63,258 nt of DNA, filler included, from Octopus bimaculoides (GCF_001194135.2; 6 parts of 6 records of this genome joined end to end with filler, not necessarily neighbours in it); one strand, 5' to 3'; counted from the whole stretch's first letter, positions 26,554-37,663 are shown. Notes: generated by a model not told the origin, from the sequence alone. Made by a program: numbers and translations.

Positions 26554-27149
26554 GGTTCCAGGTTTAGTTCCACTGTGTCAAACCTTGGGCAAGTGTCTTC
26601 TGCAACAGCCTCAGGCCAACCAAAGCCATGCAAGAGGATTTTGAAGATGGAAACTGAAAGAAGTCTGATGTGTGTAGACACACACACACACACACACACA
26701 AATGTATATCTTTATGTGTGTGACACTACCATGTGAGAACTGGTGTTGGTATGTTTACATCCCCTAACTTAGCAGCTAGCCAAAACAGATGCTTTTTAAG
26801 TGGCACCGGCACTGACAAAGCAAAAAACCTCTTTTGAGAGGGGAGGGGGCATTGGAGGAGGTGATCTTGTGTCAGTTGATGAAAATTTATTATTATATAA
26901 TTGAGATGAGTCAAGGAAATGTCCAATGTGTTGAATAATAAATTTCCAAAAATCATTTTATTTTAAAAAAAAGTTTTTTAAAGAAGGAAGGGGCAGTGCC
27001 CATGCATGACCTTTAATAGAATCTAAAATGAGTCATTTGTACAACAGCATAAACAAGTAAACAACATATTCTATAAATATTTGGGAAAAAATCATTTACT
27101 TCTACAAAATATAACAGTTTTATAACGAGCACTTTGTTGGTTATGATGA

Positions 27150-27262
27150 CAAATGCTCCAGCTGTTCTGATCAATGGAACAGCCTGCTCATGAAATTAAC
27201 TTGAAAGTGGCTGAGTACTCCACAGACATGCTTGCCCTTAATGTAGGTCTCAGGGAGATTTC
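27150..27262 (-). mobile_element. Family A SINE 3' fragment, decayed
   Basis: GATCAATGGAACAGCCTGCTCATGAAATTAAC is the reverse complement of the family A 3' region. Confidence 0.7.
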
Positions 27263-27417
27263 GTCCCTTCGATCACCCTCAAACAACGTCCCTTTGATTA
27301 CCTGCAAACAACGTCCCTTTGATTACCTGCAAACAACGTCCCTTTGATTACCTGCAAACAACGTCCCTTTGATTACCTGCAAACAACGTCCCTTTGATTA
27401 CCTGCAAACAATGTCCC
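27262..27417. repeat. 25-bp minisatellite (AAACAACGTCCCTTTGATTACCTGC), 5 perfect units plus partial units
   Basis: Units start at 27281, 27306, 27331, 27356, 27381; no spacers. Confidence 0.97.
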
Positions 27418-27673
27418 CAGATCTGGTGTGGTGCTGAGGCAGCTAGTGCCCAGGCTGAACATTTGCAGGGCAATGTGGCCAGGGACCGAAGCAAGGACAA
27501 GGTTGCAGTGGTGTTAAAACAAGGGAGTGGATTAACCCTATCACTATTCCTTCTCTAAACTGCAAAGCTTTTTATTGTCATCAATTCATTGAATTATGAG
27601 TTCAACTTCAAATACGGATTGTTTAGTCTGACAATGTTCTGCTAATAGGGTAGGCAGAACATACAACAAAGGC

Positions 27674-27798
27674 AGCAAGCTAGCAGAATCGTTAGCACGC
27701 TGGGTGAAATGCTTAGAGGTATTTCGTCTGCCGTTATGTTCTGAGTTCAAATTCCACCGAGGTCGACTTTGCCTTTCATCCTTTCGGGGTCGATAAAG
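27674..27798 (+). mobile_element. Family B SINE, 3'-truncated
   Basis: Head plus central domain. Confidence 0.8.
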
Positions 27799-28386
27799 GT
27801 TATTTGTTTACAGCAGAGTGGACTGGAGCAAAAATGAAAGGAAGTGTTTTGCTCAAGAACACAACGCATTGCTCATGCCAGGAATGGAAACCACGATCTC
27901 GTAGCACTCTAATCACCTGGCACGTGAGTGCAACATCCCCATCACTTAGCCACATGTGTTCACTATGGGGTAGAGAGAGAAAAAGAATTTGTGTGAATGT
28001 TGAACCTGGAGAGATGAAAATGCAAAGCAGACTCTGGTGAGATTTGAACTCAGAATCTAAAGAGCTGTAAAGCATTTTCCCAATACTCTAATGATTCTGC
28101 TAGTTCACTTCACCCCAAGGAATAAGGTCAGCAATTTTGAAAGGAGGGTGTGAGACAAACCAACCCCAGTGTTTGACTGGTACTTTATTTTAACAAACCC
28201 CAAAAGGATGAAATACAAAGTCGGCCTAGGTAGGATTTGAACTCAGACTGTAAAGAGCTGGAATAAAGACCAGAAGGCATTTTGACCGAAATTCTACTGA
28301 CTTTGTCAATCCACCAACCAATAAAGTCCCTGTATTAACCGGTTAATCCTAAGATTCTGGGGTACAGGAGCAAATACACAACTTAC

Positions 28387-28490
28387 CTTATCATAGGTCT
28401 TTGAGTGGACGACACCAGCAAAATGCCAAACTTCTTCCCAAAATTCAGCATAATTGTCACATGACCACTTGTGGAAATCAGCATAATTAG
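28387..28490 (-). CDS. AACS: Acetoacetyl-CoA synthetase, coding exon 2 (ANYADFHKWSCDNYAEFWEEVWHFAGVVHSKTYDK)
   Basis: Acceptor tctcttctacag, donor AAG|GTAAGT, 104 nt; matches AACS [33 protein letters not shown]. Confidence 0.93.
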
Positions 28491-28990
28491 CTGTAGAAGA
28501 GAGGAGAATAGTGATTGTTGATAATGTGTGTAACCTAGGAAACAGACATTATTATAAAGAAGAAAAAGAACCCTATCTTAATAAATCATATCTTACACAT
28601 AGGTACAATCATGCCAGCAGGGAAAAATGGATGCCAAATGATGATGATGATGATGATGACACACAGCATGGTTGTATGGTTAAGAAGTTTGGTTCCCAAT
28701 TATGTGGTTTAGGGTTCAGTCTCACTTTGTGGCATATTGGGCAAGTCCCTCTTACTATATATATCCACAGGTATATCAAAGCCCCATGAGTGGATATGGT
28801 ACACAGAAACTAAATGAAGGAGGTTGGTGTGTGTTGATAAGTGACATCAGTCTATCAGCTGGGTGGCCATTTTTGGTATATTTCATTTTGAAAATTTCAT
28901 CTTCTCATTAGATATTCAGAGTCAGACTTTACCATCTTACAGTAATTCATTTTATTTGTGGATCAGTGAATAAAGGCGCATGGCCCAGTG

Positions 28991-29739
28991 CAGGGGTCAC
29001 CAAACTATGGCCTGTGTGCCAGATCCAGCCCACAAGGTCAGTTCATCTGGCCTTCCACTGCTCTGTACCTTTTGTTATTTCTTTACTGCCCACAGGGGGG
29101 CTAAACATAGAGGGGACAAACAAGGACAGACAAAGGGATTAAGTTGATTACATTGACCCCAGTGCGTAACTGGTACTTATTTAATCGACCCCGAAAGGAT
29201 GAAAGGCAAAGTCGACCTCAGCGGAATTTGAACTCAGAACGTAAAGACACACTAAATACCGATAAGCATTTCGCCCGGCCCCCTAACGGTTCTGCCAGCT
29301 CGCAGTCTTTCGTACCTTTTGTGTAAGTACCTGCATTCAGCTTATGTCTGTGAGCAAACATTTCCAAAAATGAAGAATGTGAAGTCAGCACATCAAACGA
29401 AGTTGACTGATGAACATTTGGAAGCAATTCTCTTGGTTGGATGCAGCAATTCCAAAGCAAATATTGATGATATCTTAAAAGCTAAACACCAGTTTCACAA
29501 ACCTCACCATTTTTGCTGCTTAGTTTGTGAGATTCAGATATGTGTACACTGGGTGTGGTATAACTATCTTTTTGCTAACGTCACCCTCATTGATAACATT
29601 TTGGTAAATAAATTCGTTGGTTGTCTTTATTTTTTGTGTATTCACTGTACTGTAATTGAACAAAATGGTTATGTGGCCTACACTCATTATTCTCTCAGCT
29701 ATCTGGTTTGCCATGATGAAAAATGTTTGGTGACCCCTG
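28991..29739 (+). mobile_element. Non-autonomous hAT (Charlie-like) element with dimerization-domain remnant
   Basis: TIRs CAGGGGTCACCAAAC / GTTTGGTGACCCCTG; 8-bp TSD GCCCAGTG/GCCTAATG; YVCEQTF.KMKNVKS...KLTDEHLEAIL peptide. Confidence 0.88.
29076..29311 (-). mobile_element. Family B SINE (tail type 1) nested in the hAT
   Basis: 11-bp TSD GTACCTTTTGT at 29065-29075 and 29312-29322. Confidence 0.88.
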
Positions 29740-31963
29740 GCCTAATGGTTAGGGTGTTGCACTCATAATCCCAAGGTCATGGTTTCAATTCCCATGCTGG
29801 GTGGTGTATTGCATTCTTAAGCAAATGCAACATTTCATGTTGCTTCAGTGCACTCAGCTGAAAAGGAGGAGCCTTGCAATAGACTGGTGTCCCATCCAGG
29901 AGTAACAGGATCTCAGTCACTTATATACCACGGAAGCCAGGAAACCACCCCCAGGAGTCCTGGTACTCAAGACACGAAAGTCTAGATGTCAATGATGATG
30001 ATCCCAGTTGAACCGTCCAACCCATGCCAGCATGGAAAACAGACGTTAAACGACGACGACGATGATGATATATGATGGGCCTCTTTCAGTTTCTATCTAC
30101 TAAATCCACTCAGAAGCCTCTGGCTGGCCCAGGGTTACAATAGAAGATATATTTGGCCATGGTGTCACACAGTGAGACAGAACCTAAAACCGCATGGTTG
30201 GGAGGCAAGCTTCTCAACCACACAGCCATGCCTACACCTTCATAATCTTATCTTCTTCAAATGAATAAATAATTGACAGGGTGCATGTAGAACAATAATA
30301 TATCTATTCATTCCTAATATGTTCTGGCAGATTTAAGCGCGAATATCTTTTTATCTGGTACTTGATCTAGTCATTAGACTGCGGCTGTGCTGGGTGGGGT
30401 GCCTAGAGTGTCAGCCTAGCCGCTCTATCTGTCGTGAACGAAGGCTGAGTGGGTGAACGAGGTCGTGGTACCAATAGCCCCAAGCTTTTCAAATGTATAA
30501 CTGTTCCATCCTTCACCTTCATAAATTTGTTTTTAACTTTATTCGAAAAGTTTTCATTTTCTGGGATTCAATGTTGAAAAATAAGGATATTACGATAGTT
30601 TTTCAATTACATTTTGTGTTCATAAACCTGAAAGAATTGGTTTTTTCTTTCTTTTGATAGTCACAAGCAATGACAGCCACGATTTAATTTACCTCACCAG
30701 CTAAAGGGGAAATTCCAACAAAGACAAAAAAAAAAAAAAAAAAAAAAAANNNNNNNNNNNNNNNNNNNNNNNNNNNNNNNNNNNNNNNNNNNNNNNNNNN
30801 NNNNNNNNNNNNNNNNNNNNNNNNNNNNNNNNNNNNNNNNNNNNNNNNNNNNNNNNNNNNNNNNNNNNNNNNNNNNNNNNNNNNNNNNNNNNNNNNNNNN
30901 NNNNNNNNNNNNNNNNNNNNNNNNNNNNNNNNNNNNNNNNNNNNNNNNNNNNNNNNNNNNNNNNNNNNNNNNNNNNNNNNNNNNNNNNNNNNNNNNNNNN
31001 NNNNNNNNNNNNNNNNNNNNNNNNNNNNNNNNNNNNNNNNNNNNNNNNNNNNNNNNNNNNNNNNNNNNNNNNNNNNNNNNNNNNNNNNNNNNNNNNNNNN
31101 NNNNNNNNNNNNNNNNNNNNNNNNNNNNNNNNNNNNNNNNNNNNNNNNNNNNNNNNNNNNNNNNNNNNNNNNNNNNNNNNNNNNNNNNNNNNNNNNNNNN
31201 NNNNNNNNNNNNNNNNNNNNNNNNNNNNNNNNNNNNNNNNNNNNNNNNNNNNNNNNNNNNNNNNNNNAATAATAATAATAATGGTGATGATTTATTTGCC
31301 ACGAGGGCATAGATGAGAGGGATATCCCAAGAACAGTCAACAATTTGTGAGATTTTATATAAAAGACGTGGGGGGGGGGAGGAGTGTTTGATTAAGGTTC
31401 AACGCCTGGAATTTTGAGATGTGTATGTGCAAGGGTCCATTGGCACCATCGATCCCTGTTATTTTCTATTTTATTGACCTGGAAAGGATGAAAAGTTGGG
31501 CAAAGGCTTTTAAGTGGATTCGGTAAACGGAAACTGAAAGAAGCCCGTCGTATATATATGCGTATGTGTTTTCCACCACCGCTTGATAACTTGTGTTGGT
31601 GTGTTTATGTCTTAGCGGTTCACCAAAGGAGATTGATAGAATAAGTACCAGGATAAAAAAAAAGGTGGGGGGCAGTCTTTCGGAGAAAGTCTATCAAAAC
31701 TGAAAGTATTTGTTCGACAATTTCCGTAATTTTTAAAAATTATTTCTTTAATTTTTTTCATCAGCTCAATCGCTTGTTTGTGTATTTTTTTGTGTACGTT
31801 TGTGTTTATGTGCTTGTATGTATGTATATTTGTGAATGTAAATATATTTATGTATGTGTTCATGTGTATGTATGTATGTATATGTGTGTATGTACGCGTT
31901 AACACATACATACACAAATAGACATACTTGCGCATAAATTCATACATACGAAAAAAAAAAAAA

Positions 31964-32172
31964 GGTAATTTTTCAGATTAACACCCACACGATCTTCACT
32001 AGGGTGTTGGGGTTAGGGTCAGGATTAGGGTTTTAGGGTTACGGTTAGGATTTCAGTGTTTGGGTTAGGGAATTCCGTCCCTAACCGTAACCGTAACCTT
32101 AAACACTAACCCTGACCCTTAAACCCTAACCCCCTAGTGAAGATCGTGCAGGTGTTAATCTGAAAAATTATC
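31964..32172. mobile_element. Foldback MITE with telomere-like hexamers (possibly Merlin-like)
   Basis: 41-bp TIR with 3 mismatches starting GGTAA; degenerate TTAGGG on the left arm, CCCTAA on the right; A-tract flanks. Confidence 0.75.
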
Positions 32173-33359
32173 AAAAAAACAACAACAAAAAAACCATTAA
32201 ATAAATCGATTCAACCGAGGAAAAAAAAATTAAAGAAGTATAAATTTACTACGAAAACTGCGGAACTAATACTTTCAGTTTCGATAGACTTTCTCCGAAA
32301 GACCGCCAAAAACAAGTACTGGGTTTGATTCATCCGACTAAAAATTCTTAAAGGCGGTGCCCCAGCATGGCCGCATTCTAGTGTCTGAAACAAGTAAAAG
32401 ATCAAAGAAAAGATATCACGGCAATATACTTGTCTGGTAAATGATTTCATCTGAGACCATGTTTTGAAACTAAAGGAATTACGGTTTGGAAGACACGTTA
32501 GCCATTCAAAATCACACAACTTCACTAGAACAGGTTAACCTACACTTTCTGACCCGGACAAAAAAAAAAAATTAGTGTAAATAGGTGTAAAACAACATGT
32601 AGTAAACGAATATAGCATAGGTAATTTTTCCTCTGAAATGCTACATTCGGCCTCCAGAACGCATTGGTCGGCCCGAGGCTATAGTTGAAGATACTTACCC
32701 AAGGTGCCATGCAGTGGGACTGAACCCAGAACCGTGTGGTTGGGAAGAATATCCGTTTTCTTGAGAAAAAATCGGATCGTGTGAATTTCCCTGGTCCTCT
32801 CCCGCCTCCTTCGCCAGCGCGTATTTTTTTCATATTCACTCACTACGTTTTTTACTAGAAATTTTTTTTACTACACAATTTTTTGCTTTCATTTTTGTGA
32901 CCGGGTCAGGACCTGGAGGTTAACCCTAGAACATTCATTACTTTGTGTCAAAACTGTCATCGCACCAATTGCGACCTCGTCACTGACAGGGACACACTGC
33001 TAAAATATATTCAAGTACTTAGCTATCCTTTAATGTAGAAGACGGATTCGCCTGCTACAAAAACATTATCCCGATCTGCACCATACCTAGGAAGAAGGCG
33101 GGATGGTCACGACTGGGACGCTTTTGTAAATTGGTCCGCTTGACATAACAGAAGATAGCAATAACGATTTAAACGTAGGTGAGGTCCCGCCACATTCACG
33201 ATAATGTGATTAAACACACACAAGCGCGTGTGGGCACACAAAACACACACACGTGTGCATTAGTATAACATACATATATAGGCGGAGGTCGGGTGTTGGC
33301 ATCCCGATCCCACCCCCATCTATCTATCTATACACATGGTAGTAAATCTCATGTAATTA

Positions 33360-33592
33360 GGTACTACTAAAGCAGCGCGGACCCGAACGCGCAGTCGCGC
33401 GTCCGCGCTAGCTAGTCGTGAGTGGTCGATCCTAACCCTAACCCTATTCCTAACCCTAAACACGTATTCATTTGCACACGCGGGTTAGGGTTAGGGTTAG
33501 GGTCGCCCACTCAAGACTAGCTCGCACGACTGCGCGTTCGGGTGCGCGACTGCACGACTGCGCGTTCGGGTCCGCGCTGCTTTAGTAGTACC
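33360..33592. mobile_element. Young CpG-rich foldback MITE with telomeric repeats, 9-bp TSD (Merlin- or Mutator-like)
   Basis: Perfect 38-bp TIR GGTACTACTAAAGCAGCGCGGACCCGAACGCGCAGTCG; TSD ATGTAATTA at 33351-33359 and 33593-33601. Confidence 0.9.
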
Positions 33593-33979
33593 ATGTAATT
33601 AGAACGAGCTGAAAATGTTTCATCCATTAGGAATATCGAAGCAACCAGCTTCCCCTAAGATTGTTTAAAATGTGGTATTGTCTTCATGTCGAGTCTCTTT
33701 TGACCCTAAGCGTAACAGGCCGACAAATAGCGTTCGATAAAATATGCAGAAATGTGGGTGGGGAGGTCGATATGATCGACTAAACAAAAAAATAAAAAAA
33801 CGCACACACACACGTGAAAGCAGTGCTCCAGTATGGTCGCAGTCGAATGACTGAAACAAGTAAAAGAGGTGTTAGCCTTGTCTTCGTTAACATCAACAGA
33901 GAGTAAAAAAGAGAGAAAGCGACAACTATTGTATATGTGCGGTCGTATGCTGAGGCGTATACGCGCGTGTATTTACTCT

Positions 33980-34265
33980 TTTACTCGTTTCAGTCTTTTG
34001 ACTGTGGCCATGCTGGAGCACCGCCTTTAGTCGAGCAAATCGACCCCAGGACTTATTCTTTGTAAGCCTAGTACTTATTCTTTCGGTCTCTTTTGCCGAA
34101 CCGCTAGGTTACGGGGACATAAACACACCAGCATCGGTTGTCAAGCGATGTTGGGGGGACAAACACATACATATATACGACAGGCTTCTTTCAGTTTCCG
34201 TCTACCAAATCCACTCACAAGGCATTGGTCGGCCCGAGGCTATAGTAGAAGACACTTGCCCAAGT
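33980..34265 (-). mobile_element. Family D SINE, CpG-intact
   Basis: Near-consensus copy, 5'-truncated. Confidence 0.85.
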
Positions 34266-34710
34266 TGTGTATGAACACGAGAGAAATTTTTTCAACTGAA
34301 ATTCCTTCAGTCTGCAGAGAAATATTTCTTATAGAGGAATTTCAGTAAGATGTGAGCTAATCCTAAGTAAAACACACGACATGGTTTCAATACACGATTA
34401 CACTTACACCCTTAAAAAGAAGAAAAAAAAAAAAAAAAACACGACTAGCGTACCCCTAATTCTTGTCTGCCTCTAAAATAGACCCCACTTTTTTTTCTCA
34501 TGCCTTACTGAAAGAAACAGCCCGTCATTTCATTATACCACGGTGACATACCATGAATACTGGAAGTAATTTATACTTTACAATGTATATGAATATTTAT
34601 GGTGTGTATATAAACATAGTTAGCTTACATCAATATTATTTATACAGTCAACGAACATGTATAAAACACATGTTTATGCTTTGAAAAAGAAAAAGGGTCC
34701 GACATCCTAC

Positions 34711-34825
34711 CTAACTGTACGCTATATTTTCTGTTGATAATCTCTCGTAGGCGATCCATTTGAGTAGTTTGTTCACCGGGATTAAACAACTGGGTCCTGG
34801 AATCATTTGGTAAGTCATTATTCAT
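34711..34825 (-). CDS. AACS: Acetoacetyl-CoA synthetase, coding exon 1 (MNNDLPNDSRTQLFNPGEQTTQMDRLREIINRKYSVQL + 1 nt)
   Basis: ATG at 34825-34823; TQMDRLR resembles vertebrate AACS TQMDRFR; phase-1 donor G|GTAGG at 34710; joins exon 2 in frame. Confidence 0.9.
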
Positions 34826-35330
34826 GATTAGAGGGGGAATTCTTAACGTCCTTCACGAGCCGGTTAGTCCGACAGTACACTGAATATTGACAAATAAGTC
34901 AAACCAGTCAAGTCAATTATAAGCCAGTCGGTGCTCGGCATTCGGCAGTTTTCGACACCAGACAATTGTTACTGTCGGGAAGTAACGAACGCGCAGAATA
35001 TGGAAGGATGAGTCAGTTACAACGAATAAATTAACTGCAGATTATATTTTCACAGCTGACGAAACAACGCCACCCGTATTATTATTATCAACTGTTATTT
35101 CGATATCACGATAAGGTTTTTTTTTTTTTTTTTTTTGTGCACGAGGTATTTTAATTTAATTTTCTCTTTATGAGTCGTGTAACAGGTTGACGGAGCAGCG
35201 CCGATAAAAAATTTGAGCCTTCCCACAGTAACGTGAGTGCTGACTAACCTGAAAACGCGGATGTAACTGTTGCAAGGGTGTTAAAAAGTCATCCTCTATC
35301 GCCTTTCAATGTTAAACAGAGCAGAAGGAA
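34826..35330 (-). promoter_or_regulatory. Putative AACS 5'UTR / CpG-retaining promoter region
   Basis: Unique, repeat-free, CpG-rich sequence immediately upstream of the AACS ATG; TSS not determinable. Confidence 0.55.
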
Positions 35331-35519
35331 AGGCCTACTCCACATATCAGAACGTGTATTTGGAATTTCTAACTTTGTTTTATTCATTCATGACTCCTCG
35401 TGGAGTGGAGTGGACGGTGCGTGTGCGCACGCATGTCTGCGGATAACACACATACATATAGGAGACGCAATGCATATAACACACCGCCTATAATTCTATA
35501 ATTACACACACACACACAC

Positions 35520-35730
35520 TTTTACACGTTTCATTAATTTGACTGCGACCATGCTGGAGCACCGCCTTTAGTCGAACAAATCGACCCCAGGACTTATTCT
35601 TTCTAAGCCTAGCACTTATTCTATCGTTTTTTTTTGCCGAACCGGTAAGTTTCGGGGTAATAAACACACCAGCATCAGTTGTCAAGCGACGGTGGTGGTG
35701 GTGGTGGGACAAACACAAATACACACACAC
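35520..35730 (-). mobile_element. Family D SINE 3' half
   Basis: Family signature. Confidence 0.8.
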
Positions 35731-36473
35731 ACACGCACAAATATATACTTATATATATATATATCAGAAGGTTCAGAAAAAACTGAACCTTCTGATTCTT
35801 TTAATGTGCTAATTTCCTGGTATTAAATTGATATTAATTAATATCAAACTTTTACCCTATTATGTTATATATATATATATATATNNNNNNNNNNNNNNNN
35901 NNNNNNNNNNNNNNNNNNNNNNNNNNNNNNNNNNNNNNNNNNNNNNNNNNNNNNNNNNNNNNNNNNNNNNNNNNNNNNNNNNNNNNNNNNNNNNNNNNNN
36001 NNNNNNNNNNNNNNNNNNNNNNNNNNNNNNNNNNNNNNNNNNNNNNNNNNNNNNNNNNNNNNNNNNNNNNNNNNNNNNNNNNNNNNNNNNNNNNNNNNNN
36101 NNNNNNNNNNNNNNNNNNNNNNNNNNNNNNNNNNNNNNNNNNNNNNNNNNNNNNNNNNNNNNNNNNNNNNNNNNNNNNNNNNNNNNNNNNNNNNNNNNNN
36201 NNNNNNNNNNNNNNNNNNNNNNNNNNNNNNNNNNNNNNNNNNNNNNNNNNNNNNNNNNNNNNNNNNNNNNNNNNNNNNNNNNNNNNNNNNNNNNNNNNNN
36301 NNNNNNNNNNNNNNNNNNNNNNNNNNNNNNNNNNNNNNNNNNNNNNNNNNNNNNNNNNNNNNNNNNNNNNNNNNNNNNNNNNNNNNNNNNNNNNNNNNNN
36401 NNNNNNNNNNNNNNNNNNNNNNNNNNNNNNNNNNNNNNNNNNNNNNNNNNNNNNNNNNNNNNNNNNNNNNNNN

Positions 36474-37663
36474 GAGGAGGGTATTGGATTTAACCAAACC
36501 CAAAAGGATACAGGTAATACCGAGTAAGTGCTGTATACCGACTAGTTTTGCCCCAGTCGTTGTATAAACAGGATTGGGGATTATAAGTCGTGTATTAGCG
36601 AGTGCATATATAAATATATAAAAGGATAAAGAGAGCAATGGTAAGGTTGGAAATATATTTTATGGATAGAGTCTTACAGCTGTTTCTGGGAAGATCCAGT
36701 ACTTCCCTTCATCGGAGACAGAAATAGTAAAGGAACCGATTATTATATCCATAGGCGGAGAGTTTTAGTATGAAGTGATAGCGAGAGTGATGTGCTGAAA
36801 AAAGAAAGAAAGAGAGAACAGTACTTGGAGTGTAGTTTCATTCCAGTAGTCAGTATCTGTGTAAAGTAATCACTGTGGGTATAATCCGGAAATAGTTGCT
36901 GCAGCAAAGGCTGAGATAGCAGAGGTGAATATATGCCATATTGTGTCCGATGTATTTTGCTTGTGTTCACTTGAAGGATGCCCAGGTCAAGTGAGAAGAG
37001 TGTCTAGGGTAAGTAGGTCAAGTCTTGAAGACAGAGTGGGAAGGGGATAGAGGAAAGATTCAGGTGTAGAATGGTAGTGGTATATTTTTATGGTCAGTTG
37101 ATCTGACTGGATAGAGAGGATGAGTATAGTGAGGGAATGAGGGAGGGGGATGGTTTAGTGAAGAGGAAGGAATGCGCAGAGGTAGTATAAAGGTGGTGGG
37201 GGTATGGGTGACAAACCAGGAACAGTAATAGAGGGAGAGAGGATTGGGATAGGTAGTTAGTAGTATCATATTCTAAAAGATAGCTAAACCTATTTATAGA
37301 CGGTGGAATTGGGATTTAAAGTAACCAAGTAGCCTGTATGTGGTGGTGATGTTATTGTCAAGTATAGTGTAGAGAAAGTAGATTTTGGGAATATATATAT
37401 AGTGGTGATAGGATCGAACAAGAAATAAGTCTATTCAAAAGATGGTAAAAGATGGATGTTTTTGCCAGGTCGAATAGGTTGCCTATGGGGAGCCGAGCGA
37501 TTATGTTGCGTGATCGTTTGTGCAATTTTGCTTGTGATAAAATTTAAATGTATGGAAAGAGCGGTGATTGCAGTTGCTAAATGCTTCATTATATCGATTA
37601 AGTAGAGTGGGAGAATTGTATTTTAAAATATGGAACGCCTCCTTTAGGCAAAACTTGCAGTTG
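36474..37663 (-). mobile_element. Penelope-like element 3' portion (endonuclease C-terminus, 3' region, hammerhead)
   Basis: NCKFCLKEAFHILKYNSPTLLNRYNEAFSNCNHR (37663-37501) fits the C..C..E...I......LN...E....C.H end of Penelope GIY-YIG domains; bounded by N gaps. Confidence 0.75.
36671..36719 (-). ncRNA. Minimal type I hammerhead ribozyme motif (Penelope-associated, possibly decayed)
   Basis: Minus strand GUCU-CCGAUGA-A-GGGAAG-UACUGGAU-CUUCCC-A-GAAA-CAGCUGU-A-AGAC: helix I GUCU/AGAC, core CCGAUGA (U4C), 6-bp helix II, GAAA, palindromic helix III, GUA triplet. Confidence 0.7.

Larger units (their letters stand above)
28968..29990 (+). mobile_element. Family C SINE split within its A box by a hAT insertion
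   Basis: GGCGCATGGCCCAGTG (to 28990) resumes as GCCTAATGGTTAGGGTGTTGCACTC (from 29740). Confidence 0.65.

Noticed and set aside
27281-27417. CRISPR-like array
   Set aside because: Head-to-tail identical 25-mers with no spacers, in a eukaryotic intron with no cas genes.
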